A stretch of 64,000 nt of DNA. It comes from Tubulanus polymorphus. Lineage: Eukaryota > Animalia > Nemertea. The stretch is taken from NCBI RefSeq assembly GCF_964204645.1, contig NC_134030.1, forward strand, positions 16,306,110-16,370,109, in the 5' to 3' direction. The notes under the pieces are model-generated. The model made no database searches. It was not told the origin of the DNA and worked only from the letters and a program-made list of their open reading frames with translations. The translations under genes and the position numbers were made by a program. Shown in pieces: positions 34,150 through 47,480 of the stretch (within the stretch, counting starts at the first letter, position 1; each line of letters opens with the position of its first letter).

Positions 34150-34720
34150 AGACCTTGTCGATTTTGAAATTTCAAACGTTGAGTTCGACGCGAAATCTTC
34201 AAATGTGCAATAAATTCTATATTTTCTAGCTATTGCAGTTGTTTCGTTAATTCATATGATCTTCCAGCTTTGCAAAGGCGAATTTTCCGATTTTATGTCA
34301 ATTCACGCACTCGACACGCGATCTCAAGATGGTGACCTTGAACTTGAACTAGCAATAAATCCGCAGTGAATTTTATTTCGTAACAATTCAAATAATGTTG
34401 TATCTTATTAAAGTTAGAATAAACACGATCAAGTTATAATAGATTCTGAATTTCATGTAAATATAGGCTCCTATACGCAAAATAAATTGGAAATAGAATT
34501 CATTTCGGTTCGGCATTGCGCTAAGCAGTGTGGGAAATGACAGTCACCATTTTGAGATCGCGCATGGAGTTCGTGAAGTTGGAAGATGGTATGGAATAAT
34601 GAAACAACCGCAATATTTAGAAAATATAGAATGTTTTGTGCATTTGAAGCCCTCATTCATCAAAATCGGTGAAGGATTTCGCGTCGAACTCAACGTTTTA
34701 AATTTCGAAATCGGCAAAAA
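34150..34720. repeat. Diverged palindromic MITE-like inverted repeat
   Basis: AAACGTTGAGTTCGACGCGAAATC (~34173) is reverse-complemented at ~34675; GCGATCTCAAGATGGTGAC matches GTCACCATTTTGAGATCGC. Ends approximate. Confidence 0.7.
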
Positions 34721-34990
34721 CCGGCATCGTAGCATTTTCGGTCCAGGCGATTTCGGCCTTAATTTTGTGTTCAAAGACATAGGCCTATAATTTACGAACT
34801 ATTCATTGGAAATTAACAGGATCGGTTTCGTTAGAAGCAGGAAGCTATTAGCTTTCATATCATGCTTGGATTATTGAAATTGGATGAGAAATAACGAAAT
34901 AGTAAGTGACTGAAGTTGAGTAGTTTGTGAGCGTCGTTAGCCCCCTTGTTATTTTATATATACTATAGACATTGGATTAACAGATTATCG

Positions 34991-36442
34991 TTTTTAGCCC
35001 ATATGGGACATTAGTCCCAGCGGGCTATTGCGTTCACCTTTCATCGGTCGTCTGTCCGTCCATCCATAGACTGAATCCAGTTGTTTTGCGAAGTTTTGAA
35101 GATGCTTCATTGTAATGTCTTGATATTTGAGTTACACATGTAACTACCCTAGACACATCTTCAGCCCAAAAAACTGGCCCTGTCAGTTCAAGGTGGCCGA
35201 CTGGCAGCCATAGTTGTTCACCAAAATCAGCTCATTTTACACATTTTTGAGGGAAATTTTGAAGACGCATCGATCAATTTCCTTGGTCATTATATATATT
35301 TGAATACCCCAAGGGCCCATCAGCACAGTGTTTTCAATAAGAAATTAACAAGCCAGGTCCCTTAGAAAAACAGGAGGGTCCCCCCTATGTCACAGTCCCT
35401 GAAACAAAAGCTGGTTTGAAAAACAGGCGGGTCCTTAACAAACAACAGACGGACCTGGGACCTGGCTCTTATTGAAAACACTGCAGCATAAGAAAATTGG
35501 GACATCTGACACAAGATGGCCGTCCTATGACCTTTTTAGTGGCCAAAAATGTCAATTTTGGCCAGAATTCTAGGTCCTGTAGCTTCCTACTGGTTTGCCA
35601 ATTCTCATTGCAATTTGTGATGGGTATTCTTTGGAAAGGGATGTTTTATACCTGAGACAGGTATTTTTGATCAGCCAATTAGGCCTATGAAGCAATTGGC
35701 GGCCATCTTGGTGTCATCAGTACTCATTCGTAGGTGGGAAAAAGTTTTTCCGCATTAAATTGATACCTAAGCATATTGTGTTACTATATTCAATTGGAAA
35801 GTTGTAGCCCATAACGTGTTCTATGATTTTGGTGAGTTTCAAGGTCATTGGTTTTTTATGTGGCCACCAGGGGGCGTTGAATAATACAATAACTTAGTAT
35901 TTCTATAGGGGGCCTATTGTAGGCTATTTGTACCTATGCATATTTTGTTACCACAATCAATTGCAAAGTTGTAGCTCATGACATCTTCCATGATTTTGGT
36001 GAGTTTTAAGGACATAAGTTATTCTATATGGTCACCAGGGGGCGTTAAATAGTAGAATAACTTAGTATTTCCTTATTAGATTGGTACCTAGGCATATTTT
36101 GTTACCATGGTCAATTGCAAAGTTGTATTTAATGACATGTACTACGATTGTGGTGAGTTTTAAGGTCATTGGGATTTGAAGGCCTATATGGTCACCAGGG
36201 GTGTTGAATAGTAGAAAAACTTAGTATTTCAATATTAAATTGGTAACGAGGCATATTTTGTTATCACAATCAATTACAAAATCATAGCTGCTGACATGCT
36301 CTATGATTGTGGTAGGTTTCAAGGTCATTGGTTATATATGGTTGTATATGGTCACTAGGGCGCGTTATGTATTGAAATTGTTAGATTGTTGAGCATTTGA
36401 AACCACTTCCCAAGTGGGGATGGTGTCCCTGGACCCATAGTT
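34991..36442 (+). mobile_element. Helentron-associated (HINE/DINE-1-like) non-autonomous element with central ~145-bp tandem array
   Basis: 5' TTTTTAGCCC..GGGCTA hairpin, (GTCC)-type microsatellite, tandem units at 35760-36380, 3' CCACTTCCCAAGTGG palindrome and T-rich end. Confidence 0.75.
35326..35483. mobile_element. MITE with 17-bp perfect TIR and 5-bp TSD
   Basis: CAGTGTTTTCAATAAGA / TCTTATTGAAAACACTG flanked by CAGCA. Confidence 0.85.
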
Positions 36443-36928
36443 GCTGGTAAAATCAGTAGGCCTGCTCCAACCAATTGAAAGTGAATTTTTCATAAGATGG
36501 ACAGTGAATAGCAGTGAAATTCAAAATTTCTAGCCTGAATTTCCTGTAAAAAGTGTTTACTGTGGATAAAAGTGCTTTCGCGTGCTCATTTTTACCATAC
36601 TCTTAGAGCTGCTATGAACCCTGTTTTGGACTTTGGTCTAAGTTGGTTGAGATCCTGATGTTATTATTAACGACCTGACAGCTAAAACGATTAATGGAAA
36701 CACCGCGTGTTGACATTGAGTATATTTACAGATGTTTGATTGTGATAATGGATTAAACATACACCATCATGTAAATTTAGGAATGTTCATATTAAGAATT
36801 TCGTTTCTTGTTTACTAAATTGTCTGGAACTTCCAATTTCCTTTCCAAAATCTGAAGGTTCATGGACCCCTTGTTTTTTCAAAAGTTCTTTAAAAATTAT
36901 TTTCTTGTTGCAGATAATTTCAGTAAGA

Positions 36929-37099
36929 ATGGTCGAAGAAGGATTAATGAGTCAAGCCCAGAAGATTTGGTTGATGTTAGATGATATGGCTGACAATGAT
37001 CCTCAAGCCTATTCAAAATTCATTGACAAAAAAATAACTGAAGGCCGGTTATACATGCAGCCTCCTAATCCACATATGTGTCTTCAAACTCATCTACAG
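36929..37099 (+). CDS. PIH1D2: PIH1 domain-containing protein 2, coding exon 1
   Basis: MVEEGLMSQAQKIWLMLDDMADNDPQAYSKFI resembles the PIH1D2 N-terminus (W..LDD....DP..Y..F); CAG|GT donor, phase 0. Confidence 0.9.
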
Positions 37100-39959
37100 G
37101 TATTGTATTACTGCCCTTTGCAGAGTTAGCAGTTGCATGTAAAAAAAGATTGTTGCACCCAGTTCCAGTAAAATGAAGCCCCGGGCGGACCACTTCCTTC
37201 AACATGTGGGAAGCACCCAAGTTCTTAATTTCATGGGAAAAGGGTTATAGAATTGATTCCAATCACGGGTGGAAATCCCCGAGATAATTAAAAAAATGGG
37301 GTTTATAAGAAAATACCCGTGAAAATGAAAATAAGGGTGTATGTATTTCTAAAATGTGACAAAAATTAAAATGTCGACAATTTTTATGGACGAATCACGG
37401 CGGCAGAGTGCACCTGTGATAAGGCGGAAATAGTTCGATGTGAAGGCAAAGCTTTTAAATGATTAGACAGTCAGAGGTGGTTTATTAACTTTTTGGTTTA
37501 CCTTTGTCAGCGATATGAAGTTGGCATTGAGCCAATTCATGTAAAATCGCGGTACGTTTTTTTATGTGAGCATTTATTTCATTGGTTCTCGGCTTAAACG
37601 ACGTATAATCGATGCGATTGAAGACATGGTGAACCTCCGTCGATGACATGGTCAACATTGTTAAAATTCTACGAAAAACAGTTTTTGGCGGGAAAATTCT
37701 TAGCTCTGCGTATAAAATTGCAATGACCTCGATTGGGGGGCGTTGTCTCTACGAGGGAATGTGATTGGCTGTTTTTGGGATTTAGGGGAATTCCGGCGCT
37801 ACTAAAATAATCATGGGAAGCCATAGAATGGCGAAAGTTTCATTGGACAAGGTGTCGTATACGTGCGAATTTCAAATGCTCATTACTGGTGAGAATGTAA
37901 TTATTATCTGCCATAAGTATTGTTTCATTTTAATACCCGGTGATTGATTTGATTGACATTGAAGTGTAAGCGAACATTCACTTACACAAGGCCTCCATGT
38001 GCGCACGGAAATCAATAGATTAGACTGTTGCACACACAAACACATGCGCGTACAGTATACACTACTATAGTGATACTGTAACGCTGCTTGCTGGCGCGTT
38101 TGACATTTCATCAGCAGAAGATGAGCGCTGTTTTCTGTTTGATAGAATTTGTAATAAATTGTAATTTCTTGTGACCTGAAAATACTAAGCAACAAACTAT
38201 AGGTATAGGTCGAGGTCTGAATATTGTCGTGGTAAATTCCAGGATTTAAAACAATCTAATACGCCGATTTCTTACTGCACCAGTATTTTAGCTTCCGCGG
38301 CCATACATTCAGCCACCCTCTGATATGTGACATCATATGAATTTTATTTGAATATTTTTTCATATGAAAAATATTTCTTTGAAAATATTAAATAGTTTCC
38401 ATGTTGCGCCTGCAATCTTTATTTTCATAACAACAAAATCAGTCAAAGTTTAACAAACGAACTTGAAGATGGTCCCTAATGTATAACTTTCAGGTTATAT
38501 TAGGTCTAGTTTACACAAAATAACATTGTTAGGCTCAAAAGAGCCTTAAGGGATTGTCAGTGCCGTAGTAGCCGGAGCGACTAGTATTATTCGCACCATC
38601 AACTGTTCAGCGCTACTAGTTGGAGTCGCTTTATCACTTTTCCAGCCATCAATAAACGCTCCCTATTATGCAGAAACAGAAATACATATTTTTCAATAGT
38701 TCCGTGGAGGAAAAAAACCGCTCTAGTCTGTTAGAGATTCCTTTAGCGACTTTACTTTGTATGTACAAAATATGTTCTTACCATGACAATCTACAATAAA
38801 ATCTATACTTATGAATTTTACACCGTTGACACGTTCAATTAGGCCTAGTTTATTATCAAGATAGAGATTCATATTGATTTGAGACCTAGGACCAATAATT
38901 ATAAACTGGACGTATCGGCCCCACTCCGCGCGGGTGCGCCACCGTGCGGGATTTACGCGAAGCAGCAAACACAAACATGGCCACTCTCTCAATTTTCAAT
39001 GATAGAAATCATGTGTGCATTTCAATTATTTCGGCTGTTAGGGTTTTAAGGCACAATATAAGTTGATGATGTGATATGGCGATGTTAATTAATGATAATT
39101 CCGCAGTGAAGCTAGTCACGAACGGTGCCGATTGAGTGTACAGCTGCCAAAAACACTGAAATGTGCGTAGTTGCGTAACTATTTGCAATGAATTGCAGAC
39201 AAAACATGAAGCCTTAACGGCCGTTTAAAAAAAAAATATACCAATTGCAATTGTAAAATAAAAATGAGATAGAACCTAAGTTAAAATTCTGGCCATTTCT
39301 AAAATGTTATTACTAATTTTTAGTCAGTGCCGAACGTTTAGTTTTCCAACAATAATGAGGGGTGGTAGGTAGTCATGCAATTCGAGTCATCATTTATTAC
39401 ACGTTACTTCCGTGTTGTTGAAAATCTCGCGAGTCCTGGACCAAACCCCAATGAACAATGTGATCTGTATGCTGGCCACAAATGCACACAGATCTTACTA
39501 CACTACCCATTACACACTCCAGTACCCACAGCTTTCATATATCCATCCAAATATTTAGAATGTCTTTCTTCCTGGGTGTTGCTCACATTGACTGATAGTC
39601 TGTTTGAACTATTGACGTAATTCATAAAGCTCTGTATTGAGGGTAATTTCTAAGTTTTAGGGATTCTTATCAATCGCAAAAAAGATACTATCATCCGCTA
39701 ACAGAATAGATTCTAGACATTCTTTGATACAAAGTAAGAAAAGTAGTGGTCCGAGTATGGACCCTTTTGTTACACTTGTAGATATAACTTCCTGCTGGAT
39801 AAATGGTTTTATATCGTATTTTACAGATTGGTAGCGATCATTTAGATAGTTCGTAAACCATAATAGGGGAATGCCTCAGACGCCATAATGCTCTAGTTTA
39901 GAAGTTAAATTTTCGTGTCACATACACGTATCTATCCTATATACATCTTCTGGCTGGAT

Positions 39960-41301
39960 CAAAATCATGATGGCCGACTGACAGCCAATTGTTATTTGCC
40001 AAAATCAGCACTTTTTACATATTTTTAAAATTTTCAAGGGGAACTCTTTGATCAATTATCTTCATCTTTGACATATGTTTGTATCTCCCCATGCTGCATC
40101 GACATAACAAAAATTGGCTCGATCAGACAGAAGACGGAGTCGTGTGACCTTTTTTGTACATATAAAGGTCAGTTTTGTCCTCAATTCCGTGACCTGTAGC
40201 TCCCGAATGGTTGGCCATTTTTCATTGAAATGGGATGATATACATTGAGAGGGGCTCTTAAGCATATCAGACACATTCTTTGATCAGTCAAGTGTGACGC
40301 AATCGGTAGCCACCATCGGAGACCATATCGGTAGCACGATGACATCCATTTTTGATAGTGGTGAAGATCTTACACGCCCCAATCCTCATAACATGTAAAT
40401 CCACCAAGTGTTATCAGTCCTCATTTCTAGATAGAAAAAGGTTTTTTGAGGAAAATACCTGCAGGTTTTAACTTATAGTCTTGATATTTGATGAATCCTA
40501 TCATTGTCATAGTATTCATCTCCTCACGTGTATTCGGCTTTTTATTCTCGCCACCGGGAGGAGTTGAATAATGAATTATATACAATTTCCCTATTTATAT
40601 TTGTACCTATTGCAAAATTGTAGCTTGTCAGATGTTCTATGATTGTGGTGAGTTTCAAGGTCATTAGTTTTTAAAAATTGACACCGGGAGGCGTTGAATA
40701 GCTGAATAACTTAGTAGGCCTACATTTATTTTCATATTGTATTGCCTCTAGGCATTTTTGTAACAACAATCAAATGCAAAATTGTAGCTAGTGACATTTT
40801 CTTAGATTGTGGTGAGTTATAAGGTAATAGCTATCTTATGTTTACCAGGGGCATTGAATATTGAAATTTTCTGTTTGTTGAGCATTTCAAACCACTTCCC
40901 AAGTGGACATGGCAGGGAAGAAAATCTTCCGACCATAGACGGATTTCCGACCTTTTCTTTATTCCTGAGAACAGTGTAAATCACCTCAATCGCTTTAATC
41001 ACCTAAATCGCGGGCGTCACATCGGAGCGCTCCGTAGTTAGGAGTGCTCCTTAAGACGGTTTTCGGCAGTTTTTAGCACAACTGTGGAGTCGGAGAAACC
41101 AATATGGCGTCTCATTCAAAAAGCGGCTCTAATTCAGGCCCAAACTATTAACATTTTGACCAAAAAGAAGTAAGTTTTTTGGCTAAAAGTTACTGATTTT
41201 TGTTCCCCAAAAAAATTCTTTTTTTTTTAAGATAAATATTTTCCGACTTTTTCAATATGGGCCGTTTTCATCCCTGACATGGTGTCCCTGGACCCCTAGT
41301 T
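39960..41301 (+). mobile_element. Second, diverged copy of the HINE element
   Basis: Homologous to 35190-36442 (GGCCGACTG..CCAAAATCAG, tandem units, CCACTTCCCAAGTGG..GTCCCTGGACCC). Left end approximate. Confidence 0.7.
40913..41276. mobile_element. hAT-like MITE with 6-bp TSD
   Basis: CAGGGAAGAAAA / TTTTCATCCCTG termini flanked by ACATGG; interrupts the HINE 3' end. Confidence 0.75.
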
Positions 41302-41580
41302 TCTCAATGAAGTCATGTAAACGATTATAGCCAAGCTTTTCCGATACTTTGAATATTGAAGGGAGAACAAAAATAGGCTGATAGTCACTAGATATATTGA
41401 AAATAGGTATGACATAAGCAATTTTGGAAAGATTCAAATCAACCTCAGTAAGCTGCAGTTGAAAATGTGGCTTTGATATTTCATTAATGACAGACTTGAG
41501 TAATTTGTTACTAATAAGGTACGGTGCATTTCAAGTGGGCATGGAATCTTAGTTTTATTTAAATTTTGAACCAATTTCAG

Positions 41581-41710
41581 GAGCCCGAAAAGATGAAACT
41601 TTTTATAAATGTATGCAGCTGGCATCGAGTTCCTGAACCCAAATCAGATGAAGATCCAATTCCTATTTGCGGGGGAGATTTTGAAGATCTAGAAGATAAT
41701 TTGCGATCAG
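41581..41710 (+). CDS. PIH1D2: PIH1D2 coding exon 2
   Basis: AG/GT bounded; EPEKMKLFINVCSWHRVPEPKSDEDPIPICGG contains the PIH1 LFIN.C.W..VP.P motif; phases 0 and 1 fit the neighbours. Confidence 0.92.
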
Positions 41711-42612
41711 GTTTGTAAACATCAACCTCCTTTGATCTAGACACGCCATCACTTGAAGGAATCTGATGGTAGGCCTATAATGTGGGACTCTACCTTCTGT
41801 GGTAGACCCATCCTCCCTTGGAGAGATTCAACCCAGATGACATCAAAAGCTTCTGTAGAAATCCCTGTCTTAGTACCTCTCTTGCATGGATTCAAACCAG
41901 CTCTCATCCTGAGACTCTGCAGCTGTTTAAACTGCTGCCTTTGCAGACCCACCCACGCTCACAGGGATTCAAACCAGATGGCATTGTGTGATAGTGTAAA
42001 CCCCTCTCCCCTTCTTGTAGACAAAGCTTTGCTCATATAGCTACCTTATTAAACCCCCTTTGACAATATCACCAATTGCCAATTGAGTTTTATCTAATTG
42101 AAGGTAACCCACAGAGAAACACTGTAAGAGGGTATTGACATTTCACTTCAAATTCTAAGAGCCATTTTCAAATCGTTAGAAACAATGACATCAGTAGCAA
42201 GTGTACGTTGAGTATACTATTGTTGATTTCTAAAACGAAAGAGGCAATGAATATTTATAAGAAGTAAATCTTTTTGAATGTATTTGGATTTCGAATACTT
42301 TGCGCATTCACATATTTATACTGATGAAAATGTGCAGTAGTTTGTGTCTTATTTCATTTACATATATATTTATATACATACTTATATGCGGATGAATGCT
42401 ATGCTATCCTAATTTGCATGATAAACTCACATTATGCCCTCCATCGTTGCGATTCATTCGTGGCTAGATTGGCGCCACATCATGTCTGAAGCTCAAAACA
42501 GGTCGCATATTATCCTATCTGAGTGCTGGCTCATAACGAATTGACAACCAGTCGCCAATTTTTCAGTCGGAGAATTTTTGTGACATGGATTACGTATACT
42601 TCAGTTAGATTA

Positions 42613-43405
42613 AGGCTGGCTTATGTCGACAAGCAACGCGACGCCTACCGACTCCTACCGAAGCAACTGAGAGCAACCGCCATCGCAGCCCAGCTTATGT
42701 CGACTGCGCTCCGATTCACAGCAACTGAGGCCGACTAGCGGGATATGAGATCCTCCCAGTTGCATCCCTGTTTATGTCGGTTGCGATTACTAGCAACTGC
42801 AACGGCTCAAATGGTCACGTGATAAGCATTTTGAGAATAAATTTGAATTATTAGGAAATATATTTCTATTAGAAAGCTATTTCTTTAAGACTTTGATCTC
42901 TCTGATTCTGTTTTGAATACAACGTGCTAGCGACATCATATAAAGATTGCCGCTCACACCATAATTCTACCAATTTCGTTTTTAGATCTTCGGTCCAGTC
43001 CTCTGCCGTGCTGAAGGTTTGGTTTACGTTTTGAACTACTTATATTTGAAAGATTATGACTAATTACGAATGACGCTAACTAGCGGTGATAATTTGTACT
43101 ATGTATATGCGGTCACTCATTGGCTGGAACCCCTGCGCTCAGTTACGTCGCGTTGCAGATGAGCTTATTTCGGCTGCGATCGAAAGCAACTGTCCGCCTA
43201 CCGTAGGCCGGAGTAGAACATGGGCAACTAGCCGGATACGGCTTGCGACAAGTCGATAGGCGTCGGGTTGCCGTCACAAGCCGGCTTATGTCGAACCGAT
43301 AGAGCAGCAACTAGCGGCCTCTCGTAGGCCGCTAGTTGCCGCTAATCGGCGATAAACCCAGTTGCGTCGGTAGGCGTCGTGTTGCTTGTCGACATAAGCC
43401 AGCCT
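42613..43405. mobile_element. PIF/Harbinger-like MITE
   Basis: ~40-bp TIR AGGCTGGCTTATGTCGACAAGCAAC.CGACGCCTACCGAC with TTA on both sides. Confidence 0.85.
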
Positions 43406-44373
43406 TTAGACTGATTAGACCAGTCATTGGGCCATCAGACGTGTTCTATTTCCTACAACAGTGATCAGATCAGGAACAGATCTTAGGTGACCTGAGTGTA
43501 CTGAAATGAACAGCGATGCAGTGGTGTTGGAACGGTAGAAATTTAATATTGAATGACGTTGAGTCCTGACCAAATAGGTGACTCGACCTTGTGATGTGAT
43601 GTTAGCGTTCTTAAGAATAAACTTATCGCAAAACATCCTCAATGTTGAAAGTGGAAATATGAATGCAATTCCTTTGGATGAATAGAATTTTTTTAGCAAT
43701 TTATCTGAATGTTCAGAATATGTTTTTCTTCTTGTTTTTATCTAGGTCAACCATAACCAACATTTTTGGGTGTGTGTTGGGTTTGGGGAGGGGTCACTTA
43801 CCCCTCTAGGTGTACGCTTCTCTAAGGGGCCAACTTGGAATCTGTTGTTGAAATGATTGTTTCCTATTGCCTTTCTTTTTTCCTCTCAACCGAAATAATC
43901 CTAGTTATTTATTTATACCACCTTCCTACAGTGATGTGATACTGTTGCGCTCAAAACCCAATGCAAATAGGCTCAAAATGGGAGTAATAAGTCCTTTTAC
44001 AGCGTTCCAAATAGCTTGCAATGAAAAGAAACTGCTTGGTACAGAAAGTGGGAATCCCATTTGAGATTTGTGGGTGTTGGTCTCATGCAATGTGGCGAGA
44101 TCAGTCCTAAAAGGGTAAAGGCAAGGCTGGAAAGTGGGACCTGAAATGCCAAGAATGAGTTCTTCTGATTAGATAGAATTTTAGATTATAATTATCCGGT
44201 TATACGTCTTTAGACTTTGCATGGCCCATGGGGCTCTAGTTGAAATGGCTCATAGCATTTGAGGTGAAGTGTCAAAATCCTCTAATATTTTTCTTTGATT
44301 GTAGGTTTTATTTTTCGATTGAATTAAACGGTCACTTGTCTATGAAAACCAACTTAGTTTCCTCTAATTTTAG

Positions 44374-44954
44374 GGAAATGTAAAGTGGTCGCTGTTGCGT
44401 TAAATCCCAAAGTTTTAGAAGATTATGGACTAGAATCGAGTGACTCTGCAGGCCGGGAGGCTGTTGTCAAATTAATGTTCGCATTCCTCGAGGCGATGCA
44501 TAGCGGCATAAAAATCTCAGTAAAATATCAAATATTCACACAAAAAATTACACATAAAGGCCCCATCGAGCGGCTGCAACAGTCATTAATGACTGCCCTG
44601 AAAAAAGCTCATGGTCGCCTGATCAAAGACGATATGACTGAACTAAAAAACTCTTTTTCGCCCTTGAGATCGTTAGATACAGATTCAGTCATGAGTCAGC
44701 TTGGAAATATTGTCGTACCAGAAAGTACAAATAAGTCACAGAGGGGAAATAATGAGGAAAATGGAATAAATTTGACACCCAATGTGACGACTCCAGCTCA
44801 GCAAAATAATAATTTGATTGAAGAGTTATCAGCGACCGAGATAATAGTTAGGCAGCCTAATCATACTGTGGCAAGAGGGGATCAAGGGTTGGTCATCGAA
44901 ATACATCTACCAGGAGTGAAGTCTGTGAAAGAATGTGAATTAGAAATATCCGAG
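44374..44954 (+). CDS. PIH1D2: PIH1D2 coding exon 3
   Basis: TAG acceptor, phase 1; VAVALNPKVL ... LIEELS ... LVIEIHLPGVKSVKECELEISE (start of CS domain); GAG|GT donor. Confidence 0.92.
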
Positions 44955-45039
44955 GTAAAATAACGATAAGATCATAGATATTGTGATTCATTGAAAAAGC
45001 GTTCTCGATTCTCGAACAGATTATGATAAGTCTATTATG

Positions 45040-45828
45040 ATTATTATACCTATTGCTACAAAGTGTAGGGGGGTATACTGGAGTCAGGTCGTCTGGCGTC
45101 CATCGTCCATCCGTTGACACAATCTTGTCTGAAGATCTCTTTAACTACTCTCTTCTTGCAACTTTACACATGTTTGTCTGGATATGTAGTTGTGCATGTA
45201 GTTGTGCACTTTATACATGAGAAAGCTGATGTCAGATCAACTTCTAAATGAAGCAGATTTGATAATGAAAATGCGTTGCAGATATGTAGTTAGTGGAAAG
45301 TTTCAAGGTCACATGATATTCCATGTGGCCACCACGGGTGCTGAATGCCACGGCAGCCATCTTGAATTTTTTGTTAGCACCACAGCCTATAATTCTAGAT
45401 TGATTTTCATGAAACTCAGAATTTGGGCAGGTGAGATGTCCCACCCTTATTCAAAATAGAGGTAATCGGTCATTAAATATGGCCGCCAGGACAGCTATCC
45501 TCAATTTCTGGTTAGTGTGTGGATTTTCTGAAATTTAGTTAGCCTACCAGGTTTAGGAAGATGAGATGTTCGCCCCTATTGAGAATGAAAGCAATTGGCC
45601 ATCAAATAGGGCCACAGGTTGGCAATTTTGAATTATCATGTTAGCACGATAGAGTTGCAATTCTTGGTGGATTTACGTGTTATGAGGATTGGGGCAGGTA
45701 AGATCTTCACCACTATCAAAAATGGATGTCATCGTGCTTCCGATATGGTCTCTAGTGTAGACATCTTGATTTTCTCCCTAGCATGATACAGCCAATAGGT
45801 CCTATAATTCTTATTATATTTACATGAA
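45040..45828 (+). mobile_element. HINE/DINE-1-like element of a second family, truncated by the hAT
   Basis: TTATACC...GGTATA sub-terminal inverted repeat, CGTCCAT repeats, diverged ~130-bp units. Confidence 0.55.
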
Positions 45829-46348
45829 CAGGGTTCGTAGTGGGCCTTGAAATCCTTGAATAGCCTTGAATTGTCAAAAGGAAATTCGTTGAAAGGCCTC
45901 GAATTCAGCACTTTGGTCTTGAAAATTGATTTCAGGGCCTTGAATTTCGAAAAGGTGGCAAATCTGTAGATTTATGATTGTTTTTTGTAATGATGGAAAT
46001 TTTGATAATAGCGTGACGATGTCTACTGCATGCTTTATAAATCGTATCTATCTTTTTTTATCCTTGGAGACCTATGTTGTGCAGTAGGTGTCTATTTGAG
46101 TCATTGGGGAAAACCCACTACTACCGGTATGTATATTCATGATGAATCATCATTCAGTTGTGTTTTATTACTGCATGTATAGCGCTTTTCACGGAGATGG
46201 TGTCAATTGACTTGGACCATGTATCCCCTCCGAAATCCCGCCAAAAACATCTGGTTGGTGTTTACATCAGATTTAACTCATTGCCTGTCAAAAACGTACT
46301 GGTACGTTCGATATCTCCCATCACTTGCCTGCCAAAACCGTACTGGTA

Positions 46349-47230
46349 CAGGGACGGATACAGGGGGGGTGCACGAGGTGGCTAGCCACCCCCCAAAAAA
46401 AATTTTTAAACACCTATATTTTCTTCAGAGATGAGAATTCCCCGCGGATCCGCGGTTTCCCGCGGATTTCAGTATTGAAAAATATCAATTTTCCAAATAG
46501 TCCAAAAATGATGTAAAAGTATGGGGGGGGTGATGATCTCACTCAATTGGTCCGGCGCGATCGGTAATCAGGTGAACCGTAAAAGCGTTCAGTGCCTGTT
46601 TTACTTATCGTCACGTAAAAGTATCGCATTTCAATGCATATTCATTGCAACACAGTGATTTTGTATGTACATTTGTACTACGATGAGTTTGTATGTATTT
46701 TATCGATCGGTTGCAGACACGCACGCACAGCAACAGTAGTAACGTATATAGGTCTACTTACTGTTGCTGCGTGTGTGTGGCGAACGCTTTCGGATATTAT
46801 ACACTACTTGGTGATGATTTTTAGTGAGCATTCATCGGCGCATTTTTACTGCAATAATTCAGGGCTCGACCCGTAATGCATGAGATGCTGAATGTCATCA
46901 AATGAGGATGTACCACATTGGAACTAGCCATTACCTTCCAAAATATAATAGTCGTTCATGGGTTCGAGATCGCTCTAAGTGCTCGGAATTGCCCGTATTT
47001 TGATGTGTACATTATACTAGTAATACATGGTATAATATTGTCTCACTGTGTAATTGTGGGTTTGAGAATGGCCCAGAACGAGTGTTATCTTATTTTTCTG
47101 GCCGCCCAAATGTTTTTTTCATTTGCCACCGAGAGGAGTTTTAGAATGCTTCTGAGAGCCTCTAAGCACTTCATTTTTCAAAAAAAATTTTTCAGCCACC
47201 CCCCTTTATAAAATCCTGTATCCGCCCCTG
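46349..47230. mobile_element. hAT-like MITE with 5-bp TSD, nested in the hAT
   Basis: CAGGGACGGATACAGG / CCTGTATCCGCCCCTG flanked by TGGTA. Confidence 0.85.
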
Positions 47231-47480
47231 TGGTAAGGTTGACTTGTTTCTTAACTTTAACGATATATGGCGAATTCATTGCACAACACCAGTTAGTTTG
47301 ATGCTTTTACTACTAAAACAGATTATCATCAGTCGTTTAATGCAGTGTGTTAGTGACGTCATCTATTGAAATGGGGTCTGAACACGCATGATTGGGCATA
47401 TTTTATGCAAAATACCCCCTCTGCACTAGTGATTGCTGCAGATTTTATCACTTATAGAAGAAATGATTACATCTTTACAG

